DNA of 64,000 bases from a virus (taxonomy: Duplodnaviria; Caudoviricetes), in IMG/VR virus record IMGVR_UViG_3300011717_000032, positions 14,336 to 78,335 of that record, one strand, 5' to 3'. The translations under genes were made by a program, and so were the position numbers. Shown here one piece after another: positions 20,471 to 28,899 of this stretch. Each line of letters begins with the position of its first letter. The stretch's first letter is position 1. The notes under the pieces were generated by a model. The model was given only the letters and a program-made list of their open reading frames with translations. It did not search any database and was not told the DNA's origin.

Positions 20471-21649
20471 CTAGAAGTAGGATTCAGTTTTCTTCCTATT
20501 GAGTTTTGACCCTGTTCCTTTATGCCCAGCCGTAACATGAAATTCCCATTCGTTACGCTGCAATGCACCAGTAGTTAAACCGTAAAATCGCACTGTAAAT
20601 CCACACTCAAGATTGTAATCCGGGAATTTCGCTACAACATCTGAACGCTGAATCTTTCCCTCAAGAAAGCCAGGGAGGATTTCCTGGCCAATTCTAAGGT
20701 TAAAGAACTCCTGTCCCATGCTCTCACTTGGAACGCACCATCCTGTGAAAACACAAGATCCATCATCTTCCCTTATCTTGTCGACATAGCCATGCCATGT
20801 TATTTTGCTTTCATCATGATCGACGGTTAAATCCTGTTCCAGATTCAGTCCCATTCCTTTCAGATATTCATAAACACCTTCCATGACAAAGAATTTGAAC
20901 GGACTTGAAGCTTTCGACGCGGCGTGCATATCGTAATATTCAGTTTGAGTCATTAAAAGCTTTTTGACCAGGTGATGACCTGCGCCCTTGAATGCTTTCA
21001 ATGCCTCAATATCATTAACGTCAACAAGGCCCTCTAACTTATTGCGTGCACTTGCGATATAGTCATCATAGTTCTTATGATGGAAATGAAGATAAATAAT
21101 ATCTGTGTCAGTCTGCAATCCTGATTCCACCTCTCCACGATGGAACCCATTTCCCAGGGCAGTTATTCTTGATTTAGGGAAAAAAACCTTTTCAGGTTTA
21201 TGGCTCAATGCGAATTCTTTAGCATTGAGTGGATGGTTGCCATATGTATATTTGATTTTAAGAGTTGAGTCTATTTCTTTGTATTTTAATAACTCATTTT
21301 TTACATCATCACTTGATAGAGAAACCTTACCCTTTGAAAACTCAACCCCAACAAATTCATCACAATCCAATGGCATCATGAAATCATAATCATGAGCACA
21401 CTTTAATTCTTCGTATTTATCTACAAAATATATATGTCTGGTATTGAAATCCTCAAAGGTGTTCCTGTCATAAACTACATTCATCCCTTTTTGCGAATAT
21501 TCCTTCAGGACGTCAAGGCATCGCTCATCGACTGACCCATTATCGTAGACGTATAAATTGCCCAGTCCAAAAAGCTCAGCATGATGCAGTATCCATGGTT
21601 CAAGAAGCCGGTACTCATCCTTCTGCATCATCAAAACAGCAACTTTCAT
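20471..21649 (-). CDS. GT-A (family 2-like) glycosyltransferase moron with C-terminal beta domain
   Basis: MMQKDE..LEPWILHH, YVYDNGS, PLDCDEF (DxD), YLHFHHK; AT-rich; opposite strand to late operon. Confidence 0.8.
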   Translation of the reverse strand: MKVAVLMMQKDEYRLLEPWILHHAELFGLGNLYVYDNGSVDERCLDVLKEYSQKGMNVVYDRNTFEDFNTRHIYFVDKYEELKCAHDYDFMMPLDCDEFVGVEFSKGKVSLSSDDVKNELLKYKEIDSTLKIKYTYGNHPLNAKEFALSHKPEKVFFPKSRITALGNGFHRGEVESGLQTDTDIIYLHFHHKNYDDYIASARNKLEGLVDVNDIEALKAFKGAGHHLVKKLLMTQTEYYDMHAASKASSPFKFFVMEGVYEYLKGMGLNLEQDLTVDHDESKITWHGYVDKIREDDGSCVFTGWCVPSESMGQEFFNLRIGQEILPGFLEGKIQRSDVVAKFPDYNLECGFTVRFYGLTTGALQRNEWEFHVTAGHKGTGSKLNRKKTESYF

Positions 21650-21791
21650 TTCAAGATCCTTTTAGTGTATGTGGCATAAATATATCACGGCGCTTTCGCT
21701 TGAGGGAGGCGTGTCGGCCGCAAACCGCTAAATCTCATGGTTGCGTCATTGATAGGCCGCGCCATCTTGATCTGCGCGCCCTTTAAAACTA

Positions 21792-21807
21792 CTGTATATA
21801 AAAACAG
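21792..21807 (+). promoter_or_regulatory. LexA (SOS) box
   Basis: CTGTATATAAAAACAG fits CTGT-N8-ACAG; identical copy at 61988. Confidence 0.9.
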
Positions 21808-21825
21808 TAAAAAGGAGTGCAGATC

Positions 21826-22065
21826 ATGCCCCGCAAATCAGACATTCACAGCGCATTTGTCGCTGCAGTACAGCAAAACCCCAAGGGCTATCAGTGGTTA
21901 CGCACTGATGACTTCATCCGGGAGTTGCGCGCCAGGAACTGGCATTTCACGCCGGACGACGCCAATGAATGGATAGAGCGTTATCAGGAGTTCTTCGTCG
22001 ACAAGACGCCGGAAGACAGCCAGAACCGTCTCTGGATGATGAGAAACATGGGGAGGGTCCTGTAA
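21826..22065 (+). CDS. SOS-boxed small hypothetical protein
   Basis: AAGGAG RBS, ATG 21826; paralog at 62021; TAATG coupling to next gene. Confidence 0.8.
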   Translation: MPRKSDIHSAFVAAVQQNPKGYQWLRTDDFIRELRARNWHFTPDDANEWIERYQEFFVDKTPEDSQNRLWMMRNMGRVL

Positions 22066-22382
22066 TGGGATTTCCCTCTCCAGCGGCGGATTACGTAGCC
22101 CCTCGTTTATCACCGGAAATTATCTGTGGCATAGGTATGGACAGTCGCATCCTGGAAACGTCATCCGGGTTTGCGGTGATCGAGCCGGTCACCCGACTGG
22201 TGCAGGGTCAGGTTCTGCTGATCCTCAGTGGCGGGCAGACCCAATTTGCTCGGTTTCTGGGAAAAGCATTAATCACAGAGGACGGCGAGGCGATAGAAGG
22301 CGACGCAGCGGAAGAGGTCGAAATCCTGGGCAGGGTGACTTTCTTTATCAATAGCACAGGCGCGGATGATAGGCCGGTGTAA
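22065..22382 (+). CDS. UmuD'-like (HumD-like) protein
   Basis: Starts M-GFPSPAADY like processed UmuD'; ends EILGRVTFFI; no GDSM serine motif. Confidence 0.7.
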   Translation: MGFPSPAADYVAPRLSPEIICGIGMDSRILETSSGFAVIEPVTRLVQGQVLLILSGGQTQFARFLGKALITEDGEAIEGDAAEEVEILGRVTFFINSTGADDRPV

Positions 22383-22388
22383 AAATCC

Positions 22389-22418
22389 CATAAAAAAGCC
22401 CGCATCAGCGGGCTTCTT
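22389..22418. terminator. Hairpin terminator
   Basis: AAAAAAGCCCGC-ATCA-GCGGGCTTCTT. Confidence 0.75.
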
Positions 22419-22543
22419 ATCACTCGGGAGCCGCGGCTCCTTTGCGTATCCTTTTTTGTCCTCTCACCGTCTGGTCGGTGTCCTGCTGAGACTGCTAACT
22501 TCCTGTTATTGCTGGTGATGTCCTATCACCGTCCAATCATGAT

Positions 22544-22571
22544 TGGTGGAGCTGGCGGGAGTTGAACCCGC
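22544..22571 (-). pseudogene. ssrA: 28-nt remnant of the tmRNA 3' end (vestigial ssrA att site)
   Basis: Minus strand reads GCGGGTTCAACTCCCGCCAGCTCCACCA, the enterobacterial tmRNA T-arm/acceptor end; rest of gene absent. Confidence 0.8.
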
Positions 22572-22596
22572 CGCCACTGTGTAGATCCTGAAATGA

Positions 22597-22800
22597 CTAC
22601 TGGAAGTAACCTTCCCATTCGTCAACCCAACCTTGAACCACTTGGTGCATGCTGGCGCGACCGTATGTGAAAGAAGCAAAGTCTGGTTGCTGACGCATGT
22701 AGGCCTGGAAAAGAAGGCCTTTGGCTGGGTTGTTTTCGTGCCGCCCATCCCATTGGAGGTATAGGTCCCTACATCTGATTTTGGTTTCTTCTTTAGTCAT
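22597..22800 (-). CDS. 67-aa hypothetical protein next to P1 right att
   Basis: AAGGA RBS 8 nt before ATG 22800 (MTKEETKIRC...); no recognised domain. Confidence 0.55.
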   Translation of the reverse strand: MTKEETKIRCRDLYLQWDGRHENNPAKGLLFQAYMRQQPDFASFTYGRASMHQVVQGWVDEWEGYFQ

Positions 22801-22969
22801 GTTGAAAATCCTTGCTACGCCTGGAAAGTGCCGAAAATCGGTTATCAAAACTGAGAAAAGGTTACGACAAAACAGGACGTTAGGAAATCGTTGAAAGCAT
22901 GAGAATTATTTGAGTTTTATAAAGAATTTCTTTTGATATCAATGAGCAATCCGCTTTCCCGGAAACTAC

Positions 22970-23133
22970 TGCTGCGTCACATGGAGTGGTTCGAAGCCGC
23001 AGACCTGATCGTTAAAGGTATGGAAGGCGCGATTAACGCCAAAACCGTAACTTACGATTTCGAACGTCTGATGGAAGGCGCTAAGCTGCTGAAATGTTCA
23101 GAGTTTGGTGACGCGATCATCGAAAACATGTAA
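22970..23133 (+). pseudogene. icd: Displaced icd 3' end (54 codons); att junction between P1 and P2
   Basis: [53 protein letters not shown] is the Icd C-terminus; second copy at 62976. Confidence 0.93.
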
Positions 23134-23153
23134 TCCGGATTTCGGGTTATATG

Positions 23154-23181
23154 AAAACGGGAGCCTGATGGCTCCCGTTTT
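23154..23181. terminator. icd/int terminator
   Basis: AAAACGGGAGCC-TGAT-GGCTCCCGTTTT; homologous hairpin at 63093. Confidence 0.85.
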
Positions 23182-23200
23182 ATTTACCCCTTCAGAATTC

Positions 23201-23235
23201 TTCCCCAAAATATTCCCCAAAACGCTTCCCCAAAA
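23201..23235 (+). repeat. Three TTCCCCAAAA direct repeats; putative integrase arm sites
   Basis: Copies at 23201, 23213, 23226; another at 62847 near the right att. Confidence 0.7.
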
Positions 23236-23246
23236 CTCTCCAGTGT

Positions 23247-24389
23247 TCACCCAGTTTTTGAATCGATAACTACCCAATCTTTACCTCTGTCATCATTATA
23301 TTGATCAGTTTGTTTACGAGATTTATGACCCAATAATTTCTGCGTGTCTATGCCCTGATCCCTGTATAAACGCTCAGACAGAGAACGTTGTTCATGGAAG
23401 GTTGGGGCGGTTCCTTTTTCCCATTCAATTCCGCAGTTGTTTCTGGCCTTTTTAAAGGTTGTGGTCAAGCTGCTCGATGAGACGCAATCACCTCTTGTGG
23501 ACTGCGAGGTAGAGTGCCGGAAATGAACAAGATATTTGCTCACTACAGCATCACGACATTTAGAAACAACATCTCTTAAGGATATCCCCAATACATCACA
23601 TCTCAGAGTCAAAGGGATGGCTAAGCGAGATCCTGTTTTTTCTTGTTCTACATGAAGCATGTCGTCCCAAATATCGGAGAATTTCATTTTACAGATATCC
23701 CCCAACCGTTGACCCGTAACTAAAGCCAACAGCATGCCAGTTTGTAAATACGGTTGCTGATGCTCCGCAGCCTCATAAATTTTCATCCATTCATCAAATG
23801 ATAATCGATGTCGGGTAACTTTATGTCTTGGTTGCCTGGTCGCCATCGCCGGGTTGTAGCCTGGCGGAACGTGCCCGGAATGTTGAGCCTCTTTGAAAAC
23901 GTCAATTAATACCATGCGAACAACTTGAGCCATTCTGTTGTGACCTTCGCTCTTTATTGCATCAGTAATTTCAGAAATATCAAGAGTTGAAATATCTTTA
24001 AGGTGCTGCATTCCGCAATGCTCTCTAAACAAGCGCAATGGCTTATTTTTTTGCAGAAAAGAGTTTGGCCTTAATTCATTATTCTTTACTCTTTCCTCCT
24101 GAATTACAGTGTATTTATCAATCCATTCAGTAACGGTGATGTCTGTTCTTTTCCCCTTCATTCTAGCCAGTCGGTCATTAACACTGAGTATTTGCCGGGT
24201 ACGCTGTTCGGCAATGATTGTGTTTGCCTCAGTTGCAACTTGTTTAGCTTCGGCCTCATCAGTACCCAGGCTATGGAATCGACCAGATACAGGATGTTTA
24301 TACTGCCAGTAAACCTTTCCTGTCCGCTTATCAAGCTTGCAGTAAAGATTTGGTATTGAGATTTTATGAGTCCGCGGTCTAGCAGCCAT
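23247..24389 (-). CDS. int: Tyrosine integrase (lambda family)
   Basis: N-terminal arm-binding domain; TGQRLGD, QEKTG, FHEQRSL, LLGH, DQY catalytic motifs. Confidence 0.96.
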   Translation of the reverse strand: MAARPRTHKISIPNLYCKLDKRTGKVYWQYKHPVSGRFHSLGTDEAEAKQVATEANTIIAEQRTRQILSVNDRLARMKGKRTDITVTEWIDKYTVIQEERVKNNELRPNSFLQKNKPLRLFREHCGMQHLKDISTLDISEITDAIKSEGHNRMAQVVRMVLIDVFKEAQHSGHVPPGYNPAMATRQPRHKVTRHRLSFDEWMKIYEAAEHQQPYLQTGMLLALVTGQRLGDICKMKFSDIWDDMLHVEQEKTGSRLAIPLTLRCDVLGISLRDVVSKCRDAVVSKYLVHFRHSTSQSTRGDCVSSSSLTTTFKKARNNCGIEWEKGTAPTFHEQRSLSERLYRDQGIDTQKLLGHKSRKQTDQYNDDRGKDWVVIDSKTG

Positions 24390-24627
24390 CAGAAATTATC
24401 CGTTTTAATCTGGGATTAGAATTCACAGGAATAGCAGGTTCCGCCATCATGCCAACGTAACGGGCCTCGCGGTCTACCATCCAGCATCGACCAACCTTAA
24501 CAGCTGGTGGAGCGATCATTTTCCCTTTGGCATACTTTTTAAGTACACGTTCGCTGGGAGCCTGCTCACCAAATTCTTCTTTTGCCCAGTCGATTAAAGA
24601 CATCATGCGCGACATAGTTATCTCCAC
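24379..24627 (-). CDS. xis: Excisionase
   Basis: SLIDWAKEEF..PSERVLKKYAK..PPAVKVGRCWMV; overlaps int start. Confidence 0.85.
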   Translation of the reverse strand: MEITMSRMMSLIDWAKEEFGEQAPSERVLKKYAKGKMIAPPAVKVGRCWMVDREARYVGMMAEPAIPVNSNPRLKRIISDGC

Positions 24628-24648
24628 TAAACCGGCTGCACCCGGTTA

Positions 24649-24915
24649 CTATTTAAAAAATGTGCATGATGAGCATCCGCCTCGGAGCCCATCATTGCAG
24701 GTACGGCATCGTTTTGTTTCAGTTCTATATAGCTGGTGGATCATCTCTTTAGGAACCATCATCGGCATCGGCACCCTGATCACCTGACGGCGGAGTTCGG
24801 CTATCTCGTCGGCCTGCTCCATGACGCGGGCGTGTAGGTCGCTGGCTTCTGCTCGCCACCATGCGACATCGGCTTTAAGGCGGCGCGTACGCCGCTGTTT
24901 GAGTTTACTGGGCAT
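24649..24915 (-). CDS. Early-left hypothetical protein with C-terminal Cys pairs
   Basis: Coiled coil then CRTC..CSSC; co-oriented in operon. Confidence 0.7.
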   Translation of the reverse strand: MPSKLKQRRTRRLKADVAWWRAEASDLHARVMEQADEIAELRRQVIRVPMPMMVPKEMIHQLYRTETKRCRTCNDGLRGGCSSCTFFK

Positions 24916-25045
24916 GGCTGAACACTCCCTGTATCGCGCTCCAAGCGATGTCCAGTAGTGATGTCCAGGCTACGTACAGATGAATCCCTGCAGCCACGCC
25001 AAATCCAATTACAATGGCATACTTCAACGCTTCTGACTTGCTCAC
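24905..25045 (-). CDS. 46-aa putative membrane peptide (not in ORF track)
   Basis: Manual translation MSKSEALKYAIVIGFGVAAGIHLYVAWTSLLDIAWSAIQGVFSHAQ; overlaps both neighbours. Confidence 0.5.
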   Translation of the reverse strand: MSKSEALKYAIVIGFGVAAGIHLYVAWTSLLDIAWSAIQGVFSHAQ

Positions 25046-25215
25046 GGATTAACCCCCTTAGGTGGCGCATCCATCATGACGCGCCGCATGCGGCGACCAC
25101 ACGACAGCCGCACTTTACGCGCAGCTTTCTCGATCGCTTTAGCGGGCTTCCCGAGCGCGGAGCAGAAAATCAGGTTAGGCAGCATCACCGTGTAGACGTA
25201 TCGGCCGTAGCTCAT
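25042..25215 (-). CDS. 57-aa basic hypothetical protein (not in ORF track)
   Basis: Manual translation MSYGRYVYTVMLPNLIFCSALGKPAKAIEKAARKVRLSCGRR...; 4-nt overlaps with both neighbours. Confidence 0.5.
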   Translation of the reverse strand: MSYGRYVYTVMLPNLIFCSALGKPAKAIEKAARKVRLSCGRRMRRVMMDAPPKGVNP

Positions 25216-26036
25216 TCGGCCCCCTGCTGCGGTGCTGCTGCGAAGTGGTCAATGGCCTTAGCCCAGATATCTTTGATGGTTGCCCAGTCAATTGGTACAG
25301 TGTTAGTCCACGACCCCTCGCCGCTACAATCTTCACAACCCTCACCAAAACACTCATGGCATGTCATCGAGTATTCCAAATTGAACTCCCCGATAAGCGC
25401 TGCTTTCGCACCGTTCTCAGCGCTTAACCTCTTCGGAACAGCAACCCACCCATCGCGCAACTTGTAAGGCTGGCTTACAGGTTCGGCACCCTGAAGCATG
25501 GCGGCGCGGCAGTGGTTCCAGCCCTCATCAAACCATGCCTCAACATCGTCACCGCTCGATGAATCCGCAGGGCGTTCAGGCGGCACTTCCAGCACTGAAT
25601 TTCCACACAACGTGGCGCGAGCCTGCCATGCTAACCAGGCGGCATTTTTCGCACCAACCCCAGCAATGGGGAGGTTGTCTTCGTTATTCCATGCGTTAAA
25701 TGCTGCTCGCTCATCTACCACCGCTGGCTGCGGTAACTGTGGTGCAGCGTAGAGCGGCCCCGGCGTAAGGTCATGGCGACGCAAGCGGATATCGCAAGTG
25801 CGTTCTTCAGTTGGATGATGCCAGGCGACAACATCAGCCACCGGATCCTGCCCCGCCTTCCGCAGCGCCAGCAACTCCTCGATAGCCTTCGCTGCGTCAG
25901 CCATCATGTAGCCGAGGTTGCCGCCGTCAGAACGTTTTGCTGCAGCTGCCAGTTCGTCGCGAACGCGGATCAGGCGCTCTTCTGTCAGCGGGCCGTTGGC
26001 CGGGTGGGTGGATGGGTCTTTGGTGAATTTGGTCAT
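25212..26036 (-). CDS. Eaa/Ead-like mosaic early protein
   Basis: PLYAAPQ, GWNHCRAAML, AAAPQ segments typical of lambdoid ea-region proteins. Confidence 0.65.
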   Translation of the reverse strand: MTKFTKDPSTHPANGPLTEERLIRVRDELAAAAKRSDGGNLGYMMADAAKAIEELLALRKAGQDPVADVVAWHHPTEERTCDIRLRRHDLTPGPLYAAPQLPQPAVVDERAAFNAWNNEDNLPIAGVGAKNAAWLAWQARATLCGNSVLEVPPERPADSSSGDDVEAWFDEGWNHCRAAMLQGAEPVSQPYKLRDGWVAVPKRLSAENGAKAALIGEFNLEYSMTCHECFGEGCEDCSGEGSWTNTVPIDWATIKDIWAKAIDHFAAAPQQGAE

Positions 26037-26038
26037 GG

Positions 26039-26227
26039 CTAACCCCTTAACGCTACAATTCTAACTTCCGGATCAAACGACCCGGAAAGCTCATCAGTTG
26101 CATCCACAACGATGCTCACATGGTCGTTGTATTCATCTTCGCTCTGGTCGTGGTCTTGCCAAACTACCATCGCCTCTGGCGGCATTTTGCGGAGCTTGCT
26201 TATCAGCTGCCTTACTGTCAGAGCCAT
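26039..26227 (-). CDS. Hypothetical protein
   Basis: LTVRQLISKLRKMPPEA; tight operon packing. Confidence 0.65.
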   Translation of the reverse strand: MALTVRQLISKLRKMPPEAMVVWQDHDQSEDEYNDHVSIVVDATDELSGSFDPEVRIVALRG

Positions 26228-26231
26228 ATCT

Positions 26232-26840
26232 CTACTCCCCCACCTTAGTGATGATGCCAGCTGCTACCAGTTCTGCAGTGTTGGCATCCTGGATATCAGC
26301 GAGAACTAAGCGACCATCACACAGCGCCGCGATGATTTCCTGATACTCCCAGCCGTAGCACATACTTTCTACATAGACGCGAAGTGGTGGGTAGTCATGC
26401 TGCTTTCGGCGAATGAAAGCCTCAGCAGCCTCTCTGGTGAAGTGTGCGTTGATGTTCTGCCACTCCTTGCGAATCCCGCTTACGGTGTGTTCGTCGAGGT
26501 CAGCAAGAATCATCAGCTGCTCATCCTCTTCGCATTCCAGAAAATCGTTTTCCCACATATCCTGCGCGAGGCTATTCAACTCATCGCGCTCATCTTCGTC
26601 GGCGTCGTCCCAGTACTCCTGAGGGGATCCCCATTCGCCGCCATCGCAATGAATAATCCGGGACTCGCAGTATTCTTCAGCCAGTCCGTAAATCGTCGCC
26701 TGCTTCTGCACCATAAAAATCGGATCGGCAGTGATGTGGCGGTTAACGCCTTCACCGCGATGGTGATACTTCAAACGCTCGATGAAATCTGCGAATGTTT
26801 CCGGAGTCAATTTTGCGCCGTCTGCGATTGACTTGCTCAT
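26232..26840 (-). CDS. Ead/Ea22-like early protein
   Basis: TADPIFMVQ, acidic centre, NAHFTREAAEAFI..KQHDY. Confidence 0.6.
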   Translation of the reverse strand: MSKSIADGAKLTPETFADFIERLKYHHRGEGVNRHITADPIFMVQKQATIYGLAEEYCESRIIHCDGGEWGSPQEYWDDADEDERDELNSLAQDMWENDFLECEEDEQLMILADLDEHTVSGIRKEWQNINAHFTREAAEAFIRRKQHDYPPLRVYVESMCYGWEYQEIIAALCDGRLVLADIQDANTAELVAAGIITKVGE

Positions 26841-27031
26841 TGGGCTGCCTCCTGGCGAAGTTGGGTAACGTATTTAGCCAGTTCACCTTTTTTGTTCAGC
26901 GCCTGCATCTCCATCATGTCCGAGATAGCGAGTCCTGCGGCAGGCGAGATAACGACGAAATTGCCGTTAACTTCCAGAGTGCGGTCTTGTTCTTCCATTC
27001 GCTTAACGAATGAGACGATTTTATTGTTCAC
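26837..27031 (-). CDS. Hypothetical protein
   Basis: 4-nt overlaps on both sides. Confidence 0.6.
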   Translation of the reverse strand: MNNKIVSFVKRMEEQDRTLEVNGNFVVISPAAGLAISDMMEMQALNKKGELAKYVTQLRQEAAQ

Positions 27032-27522
27032 TTGGATGCCTCCTGGCGAAGTTGGGCGGCACGGTTACTGGCCTGCTGGTGAACCATTTTCCAGCCAACA
27101 ACCTCATGCATATCGGATGAGCACTGCTGGTTGCTGAATTCAACCAGCATGGTCTCTGCCACGCCTGCGAGGCTATCAAGCTCACTGGCCCGAACCGCAG
27201 CTAGGAAGGAGTCGGTGGCCGGGGGTTCGCTGTGGTGCAGGGCATCATTGATAATCATCGCAGCACATCCTGCCTGACCTGTATCCATAACCGATACATG
27301 CTCAAGGGTTACGGCCATTGCGTGTTTCAGCGCTGCATTCTCAGCAGCCAGCGCCGCGGCGATGTCACGAGTACGACGAAGCTCAAGAACAGCCACCTGA
27401 ACTGCATAAGCAAAGTTTGCAGAAGGGAAGTTACGATCAATTTCTGCATCGCGCTGCATACGAACCGCAACGGCCATCAATTCATCCAGCTGCTCGCCGG
27501 TCATTGGTTTATTGGTTGTCAT
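27028..27522 (-). CDS. Early-left coiled-coil protein (likely start MTTNKPM)
   Basis: LAAENAALK, PATDSFLAAVRA; overlaps ParB-like stop. Confidence 0.6.
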   Translation of the reverse strand: MTTNKPMTGEQLDELMAVAVRMQRDAEIDRNFPSANFAYAVQVAVLELRRTRDIAAALAAENAALKHAMAVTLEHVSVMDTGQAGCAAMIINDALHHSEPPATDSFLAAVRASELDSLAGVAETMLVEFSNQQCSSDMHEVVGWKMVHQQASNRAAQLRQEASK

Positions 27523-28534
27523 GATTCGCTTCCTGCTGAAGTTTGTGCTGCTTAACGAAGTGGGCCACTGCCTTTGACTGGCTGGTAACGACACCATTGA
27601 GGCTCACGTTCTTGCCGCGATAGATAGGGGCCGACCCGATCTCTTCTCCATCGAGTGAGACGTAAAGGATTTTCCCGCGTACCTCAGCGGAAGGGATTGG
27701 CTGAGACAGGCGATAGGTTTCACGGGCTTCAGCAATCGCTTTGTGTTCGTCGATAATGGACAGTGCTTCCGCCACCGCAGCACCCTGGATGGTGAATACA
27801 CCTTCGTCACTGATCTCCGCCTGGGCCATCAGTTCCACGAAACGACGCGCATTCTTGATGCTGAGTTCTGGAGCGATAGCGCTGCGGGTAACTTTCGTTT
27901 TACCCTGGGCGGCCGCAACAGCTTTATCGTGCTGCAGCACCTCGCCAGCCTTTTCGCCGTACTCTCTTACGCGATCAACAGCAACATCGACGGAGACGGC
28001 CCCGGATTTAACTTCCTGCTGAACGTCATAATTCGCGGTGCTGAGCGTCAGTAACTTTTCAACGGTCCCGACTGACTTATTGACCAGCTTCGCAATCTCG
28101 CTGGTGGTCTGGTTGAAGGCGTTGTGTAGCTCCTGAATAACCGCAGCCTGCTCAATATCGGAAAGGGGCAACTGGTTATTGCTGGTCATGATCCTCGCCA
28201 GGCGCTGCACATCGCTGCCGTTGAACGGCATGATATGAATGCGGTCTACCGGCTTACCGGCTGCACGGCAGCGCTCATAGCAGCGGCGACGGCGGTGGCC
28301 TTCAACGACCCAGACACCACCTTCATCACGTGCGATAACTTCAAGCGGAGGAACAGAACCACCGTTCATCAGGTAGGTGAACAGTTCGTCGTCTGCCTGG
28401 ATGGTGCGTTCATCGTCGTCATGACGCTTGTTGAAACCTGCGCGAACGTGGATGTCGTCGAGACTGATGAACATCCCGGTATCAGTGCGCTTGATAGTCC
28501 CGTCTCGGGACATCTGCTTGAATGAGTTAGCCAT
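27509..28534 (-). CDS. ParB/Srx-fold DNA-binding protein with HTH
   Basis: VPPLEV..VVEGHRRRRC (ParB GxRR-like box) then TTSEIAKLVNKSVGTVEKLL HTH. Confidence 0.75.
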   Translation of the reverse strand: MANSFKQMSRDGTIKRTDTGMFISLDDIHVRAGFNKRHDDDERTIQADDELFTYLMNGGSVPPLEVIARDEGGVWVVEGHRRRRCYERCRAAGKPVDRIHIMPFNGSDVQRLARIMTSNNQLPLSDIEQAAVIQELHNAFNQTTSEIAKLVNKSVGTVEKLLTLSTANYDVQQEVKSGAVSVDVAVDRVREYGEKAGEVLQHDKAVAAAQGKTKVTRSAIAPELSIKNARRFVELMAQAEISDEGVFTIQGAAVAEALSIIDEHKAIAEARETYRLSQPIPSAEVRGKILYVSLDGEEIGSAPIYRGKNVSLNGVVTSQSKAVAHFVKQHKLQQEANHDNQ

Positions 28535-28893
28535 CAGAGCGCCACCTCGTTATTGAGGAAAATGACCACAGCAGGCAGTTCACGTAATTCACGCTGCGCT
28601 TCCAGTAAGTGCATATTGGTGGGCGTTTTGGTGTAACGTTCTTCGATGCGGTCACACTCTTTGGCCCAGCTGGTTACGTCTTCACGAAGAGTAGCGTTCT
28701 GCGTGGCCAGCTCTTTGCGCTGTGACATGGCTTCACAAAGAGCAACGCTGGTATAGTCCAGACGGTTAGCCAGTTCGGTCATGATCCCGCGATAAGCCGG
28801 GGGAAGGAGAGGGGCCGCTTTACGGGCAGCGTCGATCAACTGCTCTCTGGTCATGCGTGGTTGTAACTCGGTGACGGTCTGTGCGTTCGTCAT
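28534..28893 (-). CDS. First early-left protein, hypothetical (likely start MTNAQTV)
   Basis: GGAGA RBS before ATG 28893; the longer ORF-track start runs through the structured leader. Confidence 0.65.
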   Translation of the reverse strand: MTNAQTVTELQPRMTREQLIDAARKAAPLLPPAYRGIMTELANRLDYTSVALCEAMSQRKELATQNATLREDVTSWAKECDRIEERYTKTPTNMHLLEAQRELRELPAVVIFLNNEVAL

Positions 28894-28899
28894 GGTTAG

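Larger units (their letters stand above)
1..22984 (+). mobile_element. Prophage 1 (right part only): HK97-like head, lambda-like tail, ends at icd att core
   Basis: Contiguous HNH-cos-terS-terL-portal-protease-capsid-tail genes, ending at TGCTGCGTCACATGG (22970); left part lies outside the window. Confidence 0.95.

Noticed and set aside
21826-22382. Functional umuDC mutagenesis cassette
   Set aside because: No Y-family polymerase present; the UmuD-like protein lacks the autocleavage Ser motif
22389-22543. Type I toxin-antitoxin (dinQ/agrB-like) locus
   Set aside because: Hairpin-rich, but I found no hydrophobic toxin ORF and could not verify similarity
22544-22571. Functional tmRNA or tRNA gene
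   Set aside because: Only the last 28 nt are present; no tag reading frame or 5' acceptor strand
22933-23133. 66-aa ORF as an expressed gene
   Set aside because: Chance in-frame start upstream of the displaced icd 3' fragment
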